A stretch of DNA of 56,594 bases. Source: an uncultured Bacteroidales bacterium. GTDB taxonomy: Bacteria > Bacteroidota > Bacteroidia > Bacteroidales > Bacteroidaceae. The position numbers were made by a program, and so were the translations under genes. The stretch is taken from the NCBI GenBank assembly GCA_902783615.1, contig CACZRQ010000129.1:1-56594 (forward strand). The letters are read 5' to 3'. Each line of letters starts with the position of its first letter. Position 1 is the stretch's first letter. The notes beneath the pieces were generated by a model. That model was given only the letters and a program-made list of their open reading frames with translations, was not told the origin of the DNA and did not search any database. This document shows, piece after piece, positions 48,164 to 56,594 of this stretch.

Positions 48164-48191
48164 GACAGGCAGAGCCGGAGCCCTGCCTGTC
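48164..48191. terminator. GC-rich hairpin between convergent genes (terminator or REP-like)
   Basis: GACAGGCAG-AGCCGGAGCC-CTGCCTGTC. Confidence 0.5.
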
Positions 48192-48238
48192 TCTTCCATA
48201 GCCTTGGAATGGACTATTGTTGAACCATAGAAGAAATT

Positions 48239-49501
48239 TCACTTGCCATAATATCCAATGAAAAGCGGACACATGGTGTTTCTCTCCACAATGGCATAGA
48301 AGAATGGACGGTCGAGGCGCATTTCCACTTTCTTGGGTGGCAAGTAAGCCCCCTCACCTGATATTGCAGTAACGGCAGCTGCTTCGGCACCATTTTCATC
48401 AACCTTGATATATGTCTTCTGCTTGGCTGACAGCAACTCTACCGCTGCGTCTTCAATGAACGTCATATCTTCTACAAAAAACTTCAGCGATGGATTGATG
48501 TTTATCATATAAGGGAATAGTTTCTCTTCAAGATACTCTGTAGTGAACCTTGGCATGTACAGATCCACTTCTGCAACTCCTTCTGGAGTCATCATAGCTT
48601 TATATTGCTCAATATTCGAGACTGTTGACATCACCTTGGAAACACCCACACCTTCTTTTGGCAAAATGATGACAAATTGGAAAGCATCATCCACAAAACC
48701 CTTGAAGGTCATCTGGTAATCATCCGTCTCCGCATACAAGGCATTGTTCCGATTATGCATCATATCTATCTCCGAAACAGTGCCATCGGCATAATGGAAT
48801 GGTTGCTTCGTGGTAACTTCCTTGCTGAACTGTATCTGCCATTGTGCCTTGAAATACACAGCATTCATCAAATGAAACAAATCCTGTTCTGAAGTTTCTT
48901 TCACCATCTCCTTAATTCTGTTTTCTGTCTTCTCGGCACACCAGGTGTTGATGAGGTCCTTTGTCTTGCTGTCAGAGAAATCCACAGCTTCTGTCTTGGC
49001 ATCATAGTTGCTTTGGATAACAGAAAGGAAATCCTTGCTTGCCGTCTTGCTCTTGTTATACCAAAAAGAGTTGGCACTCTTGAAGGTCGCAGCTTCATCA
49101 GCATTCTCTATGCCTGTCATCATAGTCTTGAAGTAGTCATTGATTTGCGCTTTGGTAAAGCCCTCCAAACCCATCGTCTTCAACACCTCCTGCAAAGTCT
49201 CACCTTCCAGCCCATTGATGAACATGCCCAAATCCACTCCCAAGCTGATGGGTGAAATCATCAGGTTGGATCCTTCTTGCCGATTGGCATACACCTCTTT
49301 GAATAGCTTCCAGGAAAACTCCTGCAACTTGGCATTAATGGCCTGTTGTGTTTCGCTCAGTTGCACAGGCGTATAGCTATGCCGTGTTTCTGCCGTCTCT
49401 TCATTGTTAGGCTTAACGCCTGTAAGCCAATCATCATTGCTGCTGCAAGCACTCAGGCAGAGAGCAGCCAACAAACTTGTTGCAATAGTCTTTGTCTTCA
49501 T
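48239..49501 (-). CDS. Serpin (serine protease inhibitor), lipoprotein
   Basis: Lipobox LSAC; NLMISP.S, IN.W....T...I, LMNAVYFKAQW, hinge DENGAEAAAVT and DRPFFYAI..LFIG motifs. Confidence 0.93.
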   Translation of the reverse strand: MKTKTIATSLLAALCLSACSSNDDWLTGVKPNNEETAETRHSYTPVQLSETQQAINAKLQEFSWKLFKEVYANRQEGSNLMISPISLGVDLGMFINGLEGETLQEVLKTMGLEGFTKAQINDYFKTMMTGIENADEAATFKSANSFWYNKSKTASKDFLSVIQSNYDAKTEAVDFSDSKTKDLINTWCAEKTENRIKEMVKETSEQDLFHLMNAVYFKAQWQIQFSKEVTTKQPFHYADGTVSEIDMMHNRNNALYAETDDYQMTFKGFVDDAFQFVIILPKEGVGVSKVMSTVSNIEQYKAMMTPEGVAEVDLYMPRFTTEYLEEKLFPYMININPSLKFFVEDMTFIEDAAVELLSAKQKTYIKVDENGAEAAAVTAISGEGAYLPPKKVEMRLDRPFFYAIVERNTMCPLFIGYYGK

Positions 49502-49522
49502 TCTGTCATTTATTAACATTTT

Positions 49523-50488
49523 TCAATTATCAAATTTTATTATTTTGTCTAAATCATAAACTTTACCAGGCTCGAATGCTATGTCGCCAAGTTCATACAC
49601 TAACTGGTCTTTAGCGTTCATTTCATCAAATTGGAGCACCCAATAGCCATCGTACACACCATATTCATAACATTTCAGGATTGTGAAAGCAAAGGGGCCT
49701 GAGATATTCAGGGTAATAAAGAATTGTTCATATTTGCCTTCCTTAAAAGCAGCCTGACTGTCTGCACGAAACATCCTAACAAAATAGAGAGACTTTGGGT
49801 TCAGAGTGTCGAGATTGAAATAAAGGATAGGAGTAACCGCCTTAAAATCCGTAAAGCTATGTGTAGTTTTGTCGTAGGTTTGGCTCACAATGGGCAAGGC
49901 ATTTTCTATCAATGTGTTGACATCGGGTGCTATGCATTTGCTCTCCTCATAAAACAGACCATCGACTATATTACCCCCACCAGTAAAACCGTTTGGATAG
50001 AGTAATGCAGAAAAGCTGGTGCACTCCGATAGAGGGTCATCGCTTGTAAACGTATATGAAGCCTTCTCAACTTCATAATCATTCGGAGAATCCTCACTTT
50101 CTATCATGCGGCCGAACTTGAGTTCGCCTTGAAAGGTGGCACTCTTGCCATCGGCTTCAATGACAGCGACTTTGGTAAAACCATCGATGACATATTTGTT
50201 GCCTTCTTTCTCAAAATATCCTTCAACATGTAGTCTGTCGCCCTCTGTAAAGGCAAGGTCGTATTTGTTTTTTCCCACATCGAATGCTACGGCACTGCGG
50301 GTAGCTACCCAATCATTCAATTTGGCACCCACATTAACGTTGAGTGACGATACGGTTGGGGTGTCTGTTTCAGGTTTATCATCTGGAACAGTTACATCTG
50401 GTTCTTCGGGAAACACTTTATTATCTTCTCCCTTGCATGATGACAGCATCAATGCCATCATTGATAATACGAAAACATACTTTTTCAT
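49523..50488 (-). CDS. Fimbrillin-like (type V pilin-like) surface lipoprotein
   Basis: Lipobox LSSC; ATRS motif then F.EGD.L.V; C-terminal FEPGKVY; likely start MKKYVFV. Confidence 0.55.
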   Translation of the reverse strand: MKKYVFVLSMMALMLSSCKGEDNKVFPEEPDVTVPDDKPETDTPTVSSLNVNVGAKLNDWVATRSAVAFDVGKNKYDLAFTEGDRLHVEGYFEKEGNKYVIDGFTKVAVIEADGKSATFQGELKFGRMIESEDSPNDYEVEKASYTFTSDDPLSECTSFSALLYPNGFTGGGNIVDGLFYEESKCIAPDVNTLIENALPIVSQTYDKTTHSFTDFKAVTPILYFNLDTLNPKSLYFVRMFRADSQAAFKEGKYEQFFITLNISGPFAFTILKCYEYGVYDGYWVLQFDEMNAKDQLVYELGDIAFEPGKVYDLDKIIKFDN

Positions 50489-50604
50489 TTTTCTTAATAC
50501 TTGTTTGTTGTCGTTTTTCCTATAAATGCTAAATGGCAGAATCATTGCATGGAACCCTTCCTCTTTTAATATTGTTTAACATGTTGTTATGCCGTTATGT
50601 ATGA

Positions 50605-52599
50605 TTAATAACTCACATAAACGGTTTTTGTTGCAGAGCCAACAAATGTTGAACCATTAAATACCCTGCAAGTAACTGTTAAAGCACCAGATTGACCACT
50701 ATTCAAATAAACACTAATATTACCAGTCGCACCATATGCTGTATTAGGTGTTACGTACCATCTATCGCAAGTACCGCTATATGATCCACTCCAGAAGTAC
50801 TTATAGTTGTTGTTTGTCGGAGTTGCAACAAAAGTGCTTCCTACATAACCGCTACCTCCAGAATTTAAGTTTGTTTGGCCACCAGTAATAGCAACAGTTC
50901 CAGAATTAGGATAGCTTGTGGATTGTGCCATTTGTAGAGCATCGTACATGTTTAATAAACCATGTCCAACATATTTATTCCAAGTACCACCGATTTTGGT
51001 CGTGTTGCTAAATGTGTAGCCATTTAATGATTTGTTGGCTGTGATTGCTATGATGTATCCAACTTCATCGTAGGTCAGAGTAGGATTTTTTGCTATTATC
51101 AGTGATGCAACACCTGATACATGAGCAGCAGACAATGAAGTCCCATCGAATACACTAGTAGTTGTATATATACCGTTGACTGGTATTGTTGTGTATATTA
51201 ATTCTCCTGGTGTAACTATATCAAGATTCGTTCCATAATGACTCCCCCAGGATGATAAAAACGTCATTTTTTTTCTCTTCCCATCTTGTGAAATAGCGCC
51301 GACTGCTATTACTTTATTTTCAGGTGTATAACTCGCAGGGAATAACAAAGAAGATATTTGAGCTGTGTCAGTATCATAATTGCCAGAAGGGAATACCATT
51401 ACACAACCTTTCCCATCTCTACCAATTGTGACAGCTTGATCAATAGCGGATGCGATTACAGGCGAATATACTCCTGTAGACCATGAATTATTAATGACAT
51501 GCGCACCATGATTCACAGCTTTAAGGATTAGGCTTGCCATTTCTGCTGCAGGAGCTCCATCTTCACTAAAATTGCAACTCAAAGACATTATTTTGACACC
51601 AGAAGCAACACCTGCTATGCTTATGTTATTATTAGATGTTGCCCCAATAACACCAGCAACAGTTGTTCCATGTCCGTCCCAAACCACACTTGGACTAGAG
51701 CTATATGTTGCATCCCAACTAAATGAATGTAAGGTCAAATCGGGATGTGATAAATCAACGCCACTATCAGTAACAGCTGCGATTATATTACTTGCGTTTG
51801 GAATTATTCCTGCATCGTAAGCTTGTTGATACCTAATATCATAACCAATATAATTTCCTTGGCTGTCTGTATGATACAAATTCCATTGGTTACCATAGAA
51901 TGGATCATTGGGTGAAGATTCCAATGTAAAAGACATGAATGAAGGTTCGGTATCCTTAAACAAACCTGTTTCGTAAAATAAGTTTGCTATTTCAAGTGCA
52001 TTTCCTTTTGAATCTTTTGTACAAGATAAAACATACATATCAGGAAACTCTTCATAGCGGCTTATGATATTAGCATTTACTTCTTTAGCTTTCTTTTCTA
52101 ATAATGTGTAGTCACCTGTGTTTTTGAGAAATACATAAAACAGATTAGTTAGCGGGAACTTAGTGTCATCGCTGGTATGATAAAAAGGAGCTGCATATAT
52201 AACTTCATCAAATTTTATTGCTTCACTGGGATTTGTAAAAATCTCAATTGACTCATATCCTTTCATAAAAGACTCGGTGTTGTTGCCATTAGTTAGGTCA
52301 ATGCCTCCATGTGTATAAAGCTTAATTGAAGAAGGATTGAATTTTACATTTTGTGTTGATAACGATTGTAATAATGCATCTTTATCTGATGATTTAAAAA
52401 TGACGAATGATTTATTATCGACTTGCTTAATAGGAATCTTCTTCTCTCTATACCAGTAATAGTCTATTACTTCCGTTTCTTTAATCTCAGATCGAGTAAT
52501 GGCTCCTTGATTGTCAAGGAACTCGGTTTTATCATCTTGGCATGAATATATTGTAAAGCCCAATGCAAGGCATGCGGCTAATAATAAAAACTTTTTCAT
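50605..52599 (-). CDS. S8 subtilisin-like serine protease lipoprotein with prodomain
   Basis: Lipobox IYSC; triad motifs VTDSGVD, DGHGTTVAG and GTSLSAAHVSG; INNSW; PNDP maturation junction. Confidence 0.93.
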   Translation of the reverse strand: MKKFLLLAACLALGFTIYSCQDDKTEFLDNQGAITRSEIKETEVIDYYWYREKKIPIKQVDNKSFVIFKSSDKDALLQSLSTQNVKFNPSSIKLYTHGGIDLTNGNNTESFMKGYESIEIFTNPSEAIKFDEVIYAAPFYHTSDDTKFPLTNLFYVFLKNTGDYTLLEKKAKEVNANIISRYEEFPDMYVLSCTKDSKGNALEIANLFYETGLFKDTEPSFMSFTLESSPNDPFYGNQWNLYHTDSQGNYIGYDIRYQQAYDAGIIPNASNIIAAVTDSGVDLSHPDLTLHSFSWDATYSSSPSVVWDGHGTTVAGVIGATSNNNISIAGVASGVKIMSLSCNFSEDGAPAAEMASLILKAVNHGAHVINNSWSTGVYSPVIASAIDQAVTIGRDGKGCVMVFPSGNYDTDTAQISSLLFPASYTPENKVIAVGAISQDGKRKKMTFLSSWGSHYGTNLDIVTPGELIYTTIPVNGIYTTTSVFDGTSLSAAHVSGVASLIIAKNPTLTYDEVGYIIAITANKSLNGYTFSNTTKIGGTWNKYVGHGLLNMYDALQMAQSTSYPNSGTVAITGGQTNLNSGGSGYVGSTFVATPTNNNYKYFWSGSYSGTCDRWYVTPNTAYGATGNISVYLNSGQSGALTVTCRVFNGSTFVGSATKTVYVSY

Positions 52600-52627
52600 A
52601 ATTTCTTAAAATTTAAGTTGTTGATAA

Positions 52628-52984
52628 TTAGAACCAGCCTATCAGATGAATGTCATCATAGGCAATTTGAATGGAATACTTATTGGCATCTACATTGCCA
52701 GGAAGGACAATGGAATGCTGAACATTTATGGCAGGAATAACGGTGGAGTAGAGTACTTCCCCTTGATTATCCCTGATGGTCACTTCCATATCATCTATTT
52801 GATATGGTACAAAAACGGTTACCTCACCATTGGTGTAGTCAATGGTGGGGAGTAATACTATACCCCGATTACCATTTCCTCCGTATTCAGAAGGTGGGCC
52901 ACCACCTAAGGTCAATGGAATAGGGTCTGCAAAACTAACTAAGCTGATTAGGAAACCAGCCATAAAAACAAATAATCTTTTCAT
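52628..52984 (-). CDS. Small secreted DUF3244-like Ig-fold protein
   Basis: Sec signal (..VSFA-D); VTIRD.QG..LYS, Y.I.I and terminal L.GWF pattern; lies just downstream of a TPR regulator. Confidence 0.7.
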   Translation of the reverse strand: MKRLFVFMAGFLISLVSFADPIPLTLGGGPPSEYGGNGNRGIVLLPTIDYTNGEVTVFVPYQIDDMEVTIRDNQGEVLYSTVIPAINVQHSIVLPGNVDANKYSIQIAYDDIHLIGWF

Positions 52985-53115
52985 TCTTCAATGTTTTTAA
53001 ATTCACATCGCAAATGAACAGATTATTTGCCGTTATTCATTTAACAGATTGTGTTAAATAATTAAACAAAGTTGTTTTCGCTCAAGCTATGAGATTTTTT
53101 AACTAAATGGGTTAA

Positions 53116-54858
53116 CTATAGAGAAAGGATAAACCGGTCCCAAGCTGCTGTTCCTTTAGTATCATGCAGGATATTCATACTTAGTCTGCGACGGATGTTG
53201 GAAACCCCGCCTGCTGTAAGGTTCAATAAAGAGGCAATTTCAGATGGGGATAAATGGCATTTAAGTAGTAAGCATGTTCTATATTCTGATTGATTCAGTT
53301 TACCAATGGATTGTAATCTGCAGAGAAAATCTGGATAGATAGCTGTAATGCCCTCCTCTATTTCTTTCCATTCTTCTTCATGAAGATAGTCCTCCATTTT
53401 GACACGTTCACGAAGTTTGTTACGGAATAGAGAAGTTTGCATGCACAAATCGGCATCCTCTTTTAAATGAAGCTTTATTTCAAGATTCTTGTTCTCATTC
53501 TCCAGAATCCTTTTCATCGCTTCTTTCTGACTGTCATTTTCACCTTGTAAGCGCATTTGCTCCAATTCGGCTTCCAGTGCTTTGATTTTTTGATTATTGA
53601 CAGCCAACATCTCTGCACTCTCACGATACACCTTATCCTGCACTTGTTTCAAGCGCTCCAAAGAAAGGTCTGACTTCATTTGCCGATTCTTGTATCGCAG
53701 TATTAAGAATACACTGAAGGAAATGACAATTAGCAAGGCGATGGCAGTTGAAAGCAATAATAGTTGGTTACGATTATTCTTCACTTCAAGTTCATGATTC
53801 TCTTTTTCACGGAGTTGGTAATTGTAAAGTGAGTTCATCTGCGCCATTGCTTCAGCAGCATTTAGCTCATTTATTGAATCCTTCAACACTTCATATTCCA
53901 AGCTATAGTCTATGGCATGTTTGGGGTTATTCCAATGATGAAGGGCAATTTGTGCCAATCGTTCATTGGCAGTACGTTTCGCATAGATAGTACCCTTATC
54001 CAAGAGCTCATAATAATAATTGGTGGCAGAGTCAATCTGTCCTGCTTTGAAGTAGATGTCTCCAGCGATTGCATAGATGCTACTAATATTAGATTGATCT
54101 AAATTATCCAAAGAGGGACGAATAAACTTCTTGGCAAGGTTTATGCTATCTATCGTTATGTATAGACCTGCCATTTGAGATGTTATGCGATTGTCCATTA
54201 GGCTATCATTGGTTTTCAGTGCCAAATGGTGAGCTTTGTTGAAGTAAAGCATTGTACTATCAATCCGTCTTTTACCCCATAATACAACTCCCATGTCTCG
54301 CAGGTTATATATGAGTCCAATGGTATCTTGCAGGATAGAGTCACATCGATATGAAGCACTATACGACTTCAAAGCCTCATCATATAAATACTGATATCTG
54401 AACAGATCTCCCATCTGAGCATACACCTTGCTTTTCACCTTCAGGTTCTCGTTTCCAGGCATTGCATCGAGGGCTTTCTGGTAGTAGTCTAAGGCACGGG
54501 GTGCATCGCCAAGGTCGCGATAGGTGCTGCCAGCATAGTAGTAGGCCTCGCCAAGGTAAGCTTTGTCGCCACCATGTTCGTAATAGTCAACAAGAGCAAG
54601 AATGAGGCTGTCGGAGGTATGGGTGATGTAAGCCTTGTCGTTGGCCTTGATGGTAAGCAGCTTGTGGCGCATCTGCACATGCTTCTTCTCCAGCATCATG
54701 TCATCAGCTATAGATTGAAGCAATGCCACAGCGCTGTCAGGCTTTACACTGCACAGGCTGTCAGCCGCTTGCAGCACAAGTGGATACTGGTAGTGGCGAC
54801 AGGATGACAGAACCACAATCCATAATAAAACCAATATGTAATTCAGACCTCGTTTCAT
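53116..54858 (-). CDS. Membrane-spanning TPR sensor with C-terminal HTH (one-component regulator)
   Basis: Lipobox LSSC; TPRs (AYYYAG..Y...GDAPRAL.YYQKA); TM LLLLSTAIALLIVISFSVFLIL; YPDF..L..L..SEYR.CLL.K...SP.EIA.LL HTH. Confidence 0.88.
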   Translation of the reverse strand: MKRGLNYILVLLWIVVLSSCRHYQYPLVLQAADSLCSVKPDSAVALLQSIADDMMLEKKHVQMRHKLLTIKANDKAYITHTSDSLILALVDYYEHGGDKAYLGEAYYYAGSTYRDLGDAPRALDYYQKALDAMPGNENLKVKSKVYAQMGDLFRYQYLYDEALKSYSASYRCDSILQDTIGLIYNLRDMGVVLWGKRRIDSTMLYFNKAHHLALKTNDSLMDNRITSQMAGLYITIDSINLAKKFIRPSLDNLDQSNISSIYAIAGDIYFKAGQIDSATNYYYELLDKGTIYAKRTANERLAQIALHHWNNPKHAIDYSLEYEVLKDSINELNAAEAMAQMNSLYNYQLREKENHELEVKNNRNQLLLLSTAIALLIVISFSVFLILRYKNRQMKSDLSLERLKQVQDKVYRESAEMLAVNNQKIKALEAELEQMRLQGENDSQKEAMKRILENENKNLEIKLHLKEDADLCMQTSLFRNKLRERVKMEDYLHEEEWKEIEEGITAIYPDFLCRLQSIGKLNQSEYRTCLLLKCHLSPSEIASLLNLTAGGVSNIRRRLSMNILHDTKGTAAWDRFILSL

Positions 54859-54879
54859 CCATGCTTACTCTTCCTGATT

Positions 54880-56481
54880 TCACATCCCCCACACCATGAT
54901 GGTGCGTCCAGCATATTCGTAGGGCTTGTGCCAGATGCGTTCATCCCAGGTCTTTTCCTGAGAACGGTCGAAGATGATGAAGTGGCCTTCATCAACGGAG
55001 CCAACCAAGTCCATGTATTCAGCTGTCTGCCTGAGCCCTTCCTCAATGACCTTATCCAAAGTGCCACGCTTGATCTTCAATTCCAAGACAATACGCTGCA
55101 CTGGGCCGCCATAGTGGTTGGTAAGGGGCTTGCGGATAAGGAGGTCTGTACGTTTACGGCCTAAACCATATTCACGGTCAATATAACCTCCACCGTTGAC
55201 AATGCGTTGCAGGAAGCATTGAAGCAAGAGCTGGGGACCAGCTTCCGCATAGTCGAATTTGCCTATCCAGCTATCTGCATTCTGGCGGAAGAACTGCTGG
55301 AAATCGATGAGCAACTTCTCGACATTGATGCTTCCATCGGCATTCTGATACCATAATGGATTTTGCACAAGGGCATCCTGTGTGCTCCAGGTCAGCTCGC
55401 GAGGGATGATCTCACGGTATATGCCATTGGCAATGCGACGGGGTTTCCCTCTTTCTCGCTTGATAAGCCCCATGTCCTCCACATATTGAATGTCATCAGA
55501 GGGAATCTGTGACTCAACGATTTCGTCACCATTGGCCAGCATGGGCTCTATAACCCTTCTCACGCGAGGTTCTTCCAGCTTGTCAATGAGTATATCTATG
55601 TGTGTGTCACGCCTGTAGATGATGTTCTCGATGGCACGGTCAATCATCTCGGGGATGATGCGTACTGAACGGTCGCGATTCTCACGCATCTTATAGGTAA
55701 CTTCATGAGCCAGGGCATTGACCAGCCAAGGCTGACCTTCTGTAGCTTCCCATACCATGGGGAAGCAGGCTTCATCAAATTCCTGACCTGTTTCGCGAGT
55801 ATGTTGCATATACAAATCGTGTATATCCTCTTTTGAGAAGTTGCCAAGTCGCAAAGATTCTGCCTTGATGTTGAAAGCCGAGCCTCCTGTGATGATGTCC
55901 TGATTAGATTGAACGATGCGATAGTCGCGCACATCACGAACTCCACACAGGATGATGGTTTGTGGGAAAAAGGCTGGGCGATCGGCATAACCTGCACGAA
56001 TCTGACGAAGAACACTTACAAGTGAATCACCCACCAAGGCATCAATCTCATCGATGATAAGGACTATTGGTTTTGAGAGCTCTTGTGAAAGGCGACTGAG
56101 ATATGAATAAAGCATTGAGGCGGCATTTTCCTGAATGACCTCGTCACGAAGCCTCATTGACAGATCATTGCCGACAACTATCTGAAATTGTTTGGCAAGA
56201 GTGTTGCAGGTGGCTTGAATCACGCTATCGACATCATTCCTCATGGCCTGCCCAGCCTCAACATTGGCATAAACGGCAATGTATTTGCCCTCTTTGTTCA
56301 GGTAGTCGCGCAAAGCCAGCATGCAGGAAGTCTTTCCCGTTTGCCGAGGGGCATGGAGAACAAAGTATCTTTTCTGGCGAATCATTGTCAGCACTTCGTC
56401 TAAGTCGAATCTGCTAAGAGGATCAATTGAATAATTATCCTCTAGCTTCTGGGGTCCAGCTGTATTGAAAAACCTTTCCAT
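54880..56481 (-). CDS. AAA/STAND-like ATPase with C-terminal PD-(D/E)XK nuclease-like domain
   Basis: FNTAGP, Walker A APRQTGKTS, Walker B LIIDEID, T.GQPWLVNAL, then REY...R.DL...LELK.......Q...Y; start MERFFN; TATCTTTG box at 56499-56506. Confidence 0.8.
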   Translation of the reverse strand: MERFFNTAGPQKLEDNYSIDPLSRFDLDEVLTMIRQKRYFVLHAPRQTGKTSCMLALRDYLNKEGKYIAVYANVEAGQAMRNDVDSVIQATCNTLAKQFQIVVGNDLSMRLRDEVIQENAASMLYSYLSRLSQELSKPIVLIIDEIDALVGDSLVSVLRQIRAGYADRPAFFPQTIILCGVRDVRDYRIVQSNQDIITGGSAFNIKAESLRLGNFSKEDIHDLYMQHTRETGQEFDEACFPMVWEATEGQPWLVNALAHEVTYKMRENRDRSVRIIPEMIDRAIENIIYRRDTHIDILIDKLEEPRVRRVIEPMLANGDEIVESQIPSDDIQYVEDMGLIKRERGKPRRIANGIYREIIPRELTWSTQDALVQNPLWYQNADGSINVEKLLIDFQQFFRQNADSWIGKFDYAEAGPQLLLQCFLQRIVNGGGYIDREYGLGRKRTDLLIRKPLTNHYGGPVQRIVLELKIKRGTLDKVIEEGLRQTAEYMDLVGSVDEGHFIIFDRSQEKTWDERIWHKPYEYAGRTIMVWGM

Positions 56482-56528
56482 ACACTTGCTTTTTTCTGCA
56501 AAGATAGTGCAAGCCGAATACAAAAGCA

Positions 56529-56586
56529 AATTTTGGAGCAGCGAAAACACAAATACTTGTATTTGATGTTGAGTCGCGACAAAATT
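56529..56586. repeat. Structured REP/MITE-like palindromic element, copy 2
   Basis: AATTTTGGAGCAGCGAA-[AACACAAATAC-TT-GTATTTGATGTT hairpin]-GAGTCGCGACAAAATT; same flanks as 10-70. Confidence 0.6.
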
Positions 56587-56594
56587 CAGCTCGT

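Noticed and set aside
46300-56594. Accessory block as a prophage, ICE or IS
   Set aside because: No integrase, transposase, relaxase, phage structural gene or flanking direct repeat was seen

Overview
Bacteroidales DNA, most like a Prevotella/Bacteroides relative. Evidence: a SusC/SusD pair, TAnnTTTG -7 promoter boxes, many lipoproteins, and the purH-mreBCD-mrdA-rodA and metF-holB-PSP1-gldH gene orders. Left to right: (1) a SusC/SusD locus with a Tat-type metallo-beta-lactamase-fold hydrolase and a DUF6377/SusR-like regulator; (2) a rhamnose-type operon (rhaB, rhaT, rhaD) with an AraA/FucI-fold isomerase in the rhaA slot, coupled to a radical SAM/SPASM protein with a C-terminal PqqD/RRE-like domain; (3) two tandem double-ABM lipoproteins, an ABC-F ATPase and an M13 peptidase; (4) purH and the cell-shape genes; (5) a THI5-like binding lipoprotein coupled to a Cache-HAMP-SpoIIE phosphatase, plus mscS; (6) a TPP-riboswitch-controlled thiamine uptake operon; (7) thrA-apgM-thrC, ansA and an acyltransferase; (8) a ~10 kb accessory block with an AAA-ATPase/nuclease, TPR-TM-HTH sensor, DUF3244-like protein, subtilase, fimbrillin-like lipoprotein, serpin, a regulator remnant and a repeat-domain lipoprotein. 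About ten heptamer arrays (AATTGAC family) occur at operon junctions and in frame inside thrC and apgM. Two related structured ~60-nt elements lie at the window ends. No rRNA, tRNA, CRISPR array or transposase was seen. All family calls come from motif recognition by eye; no database searches were run.
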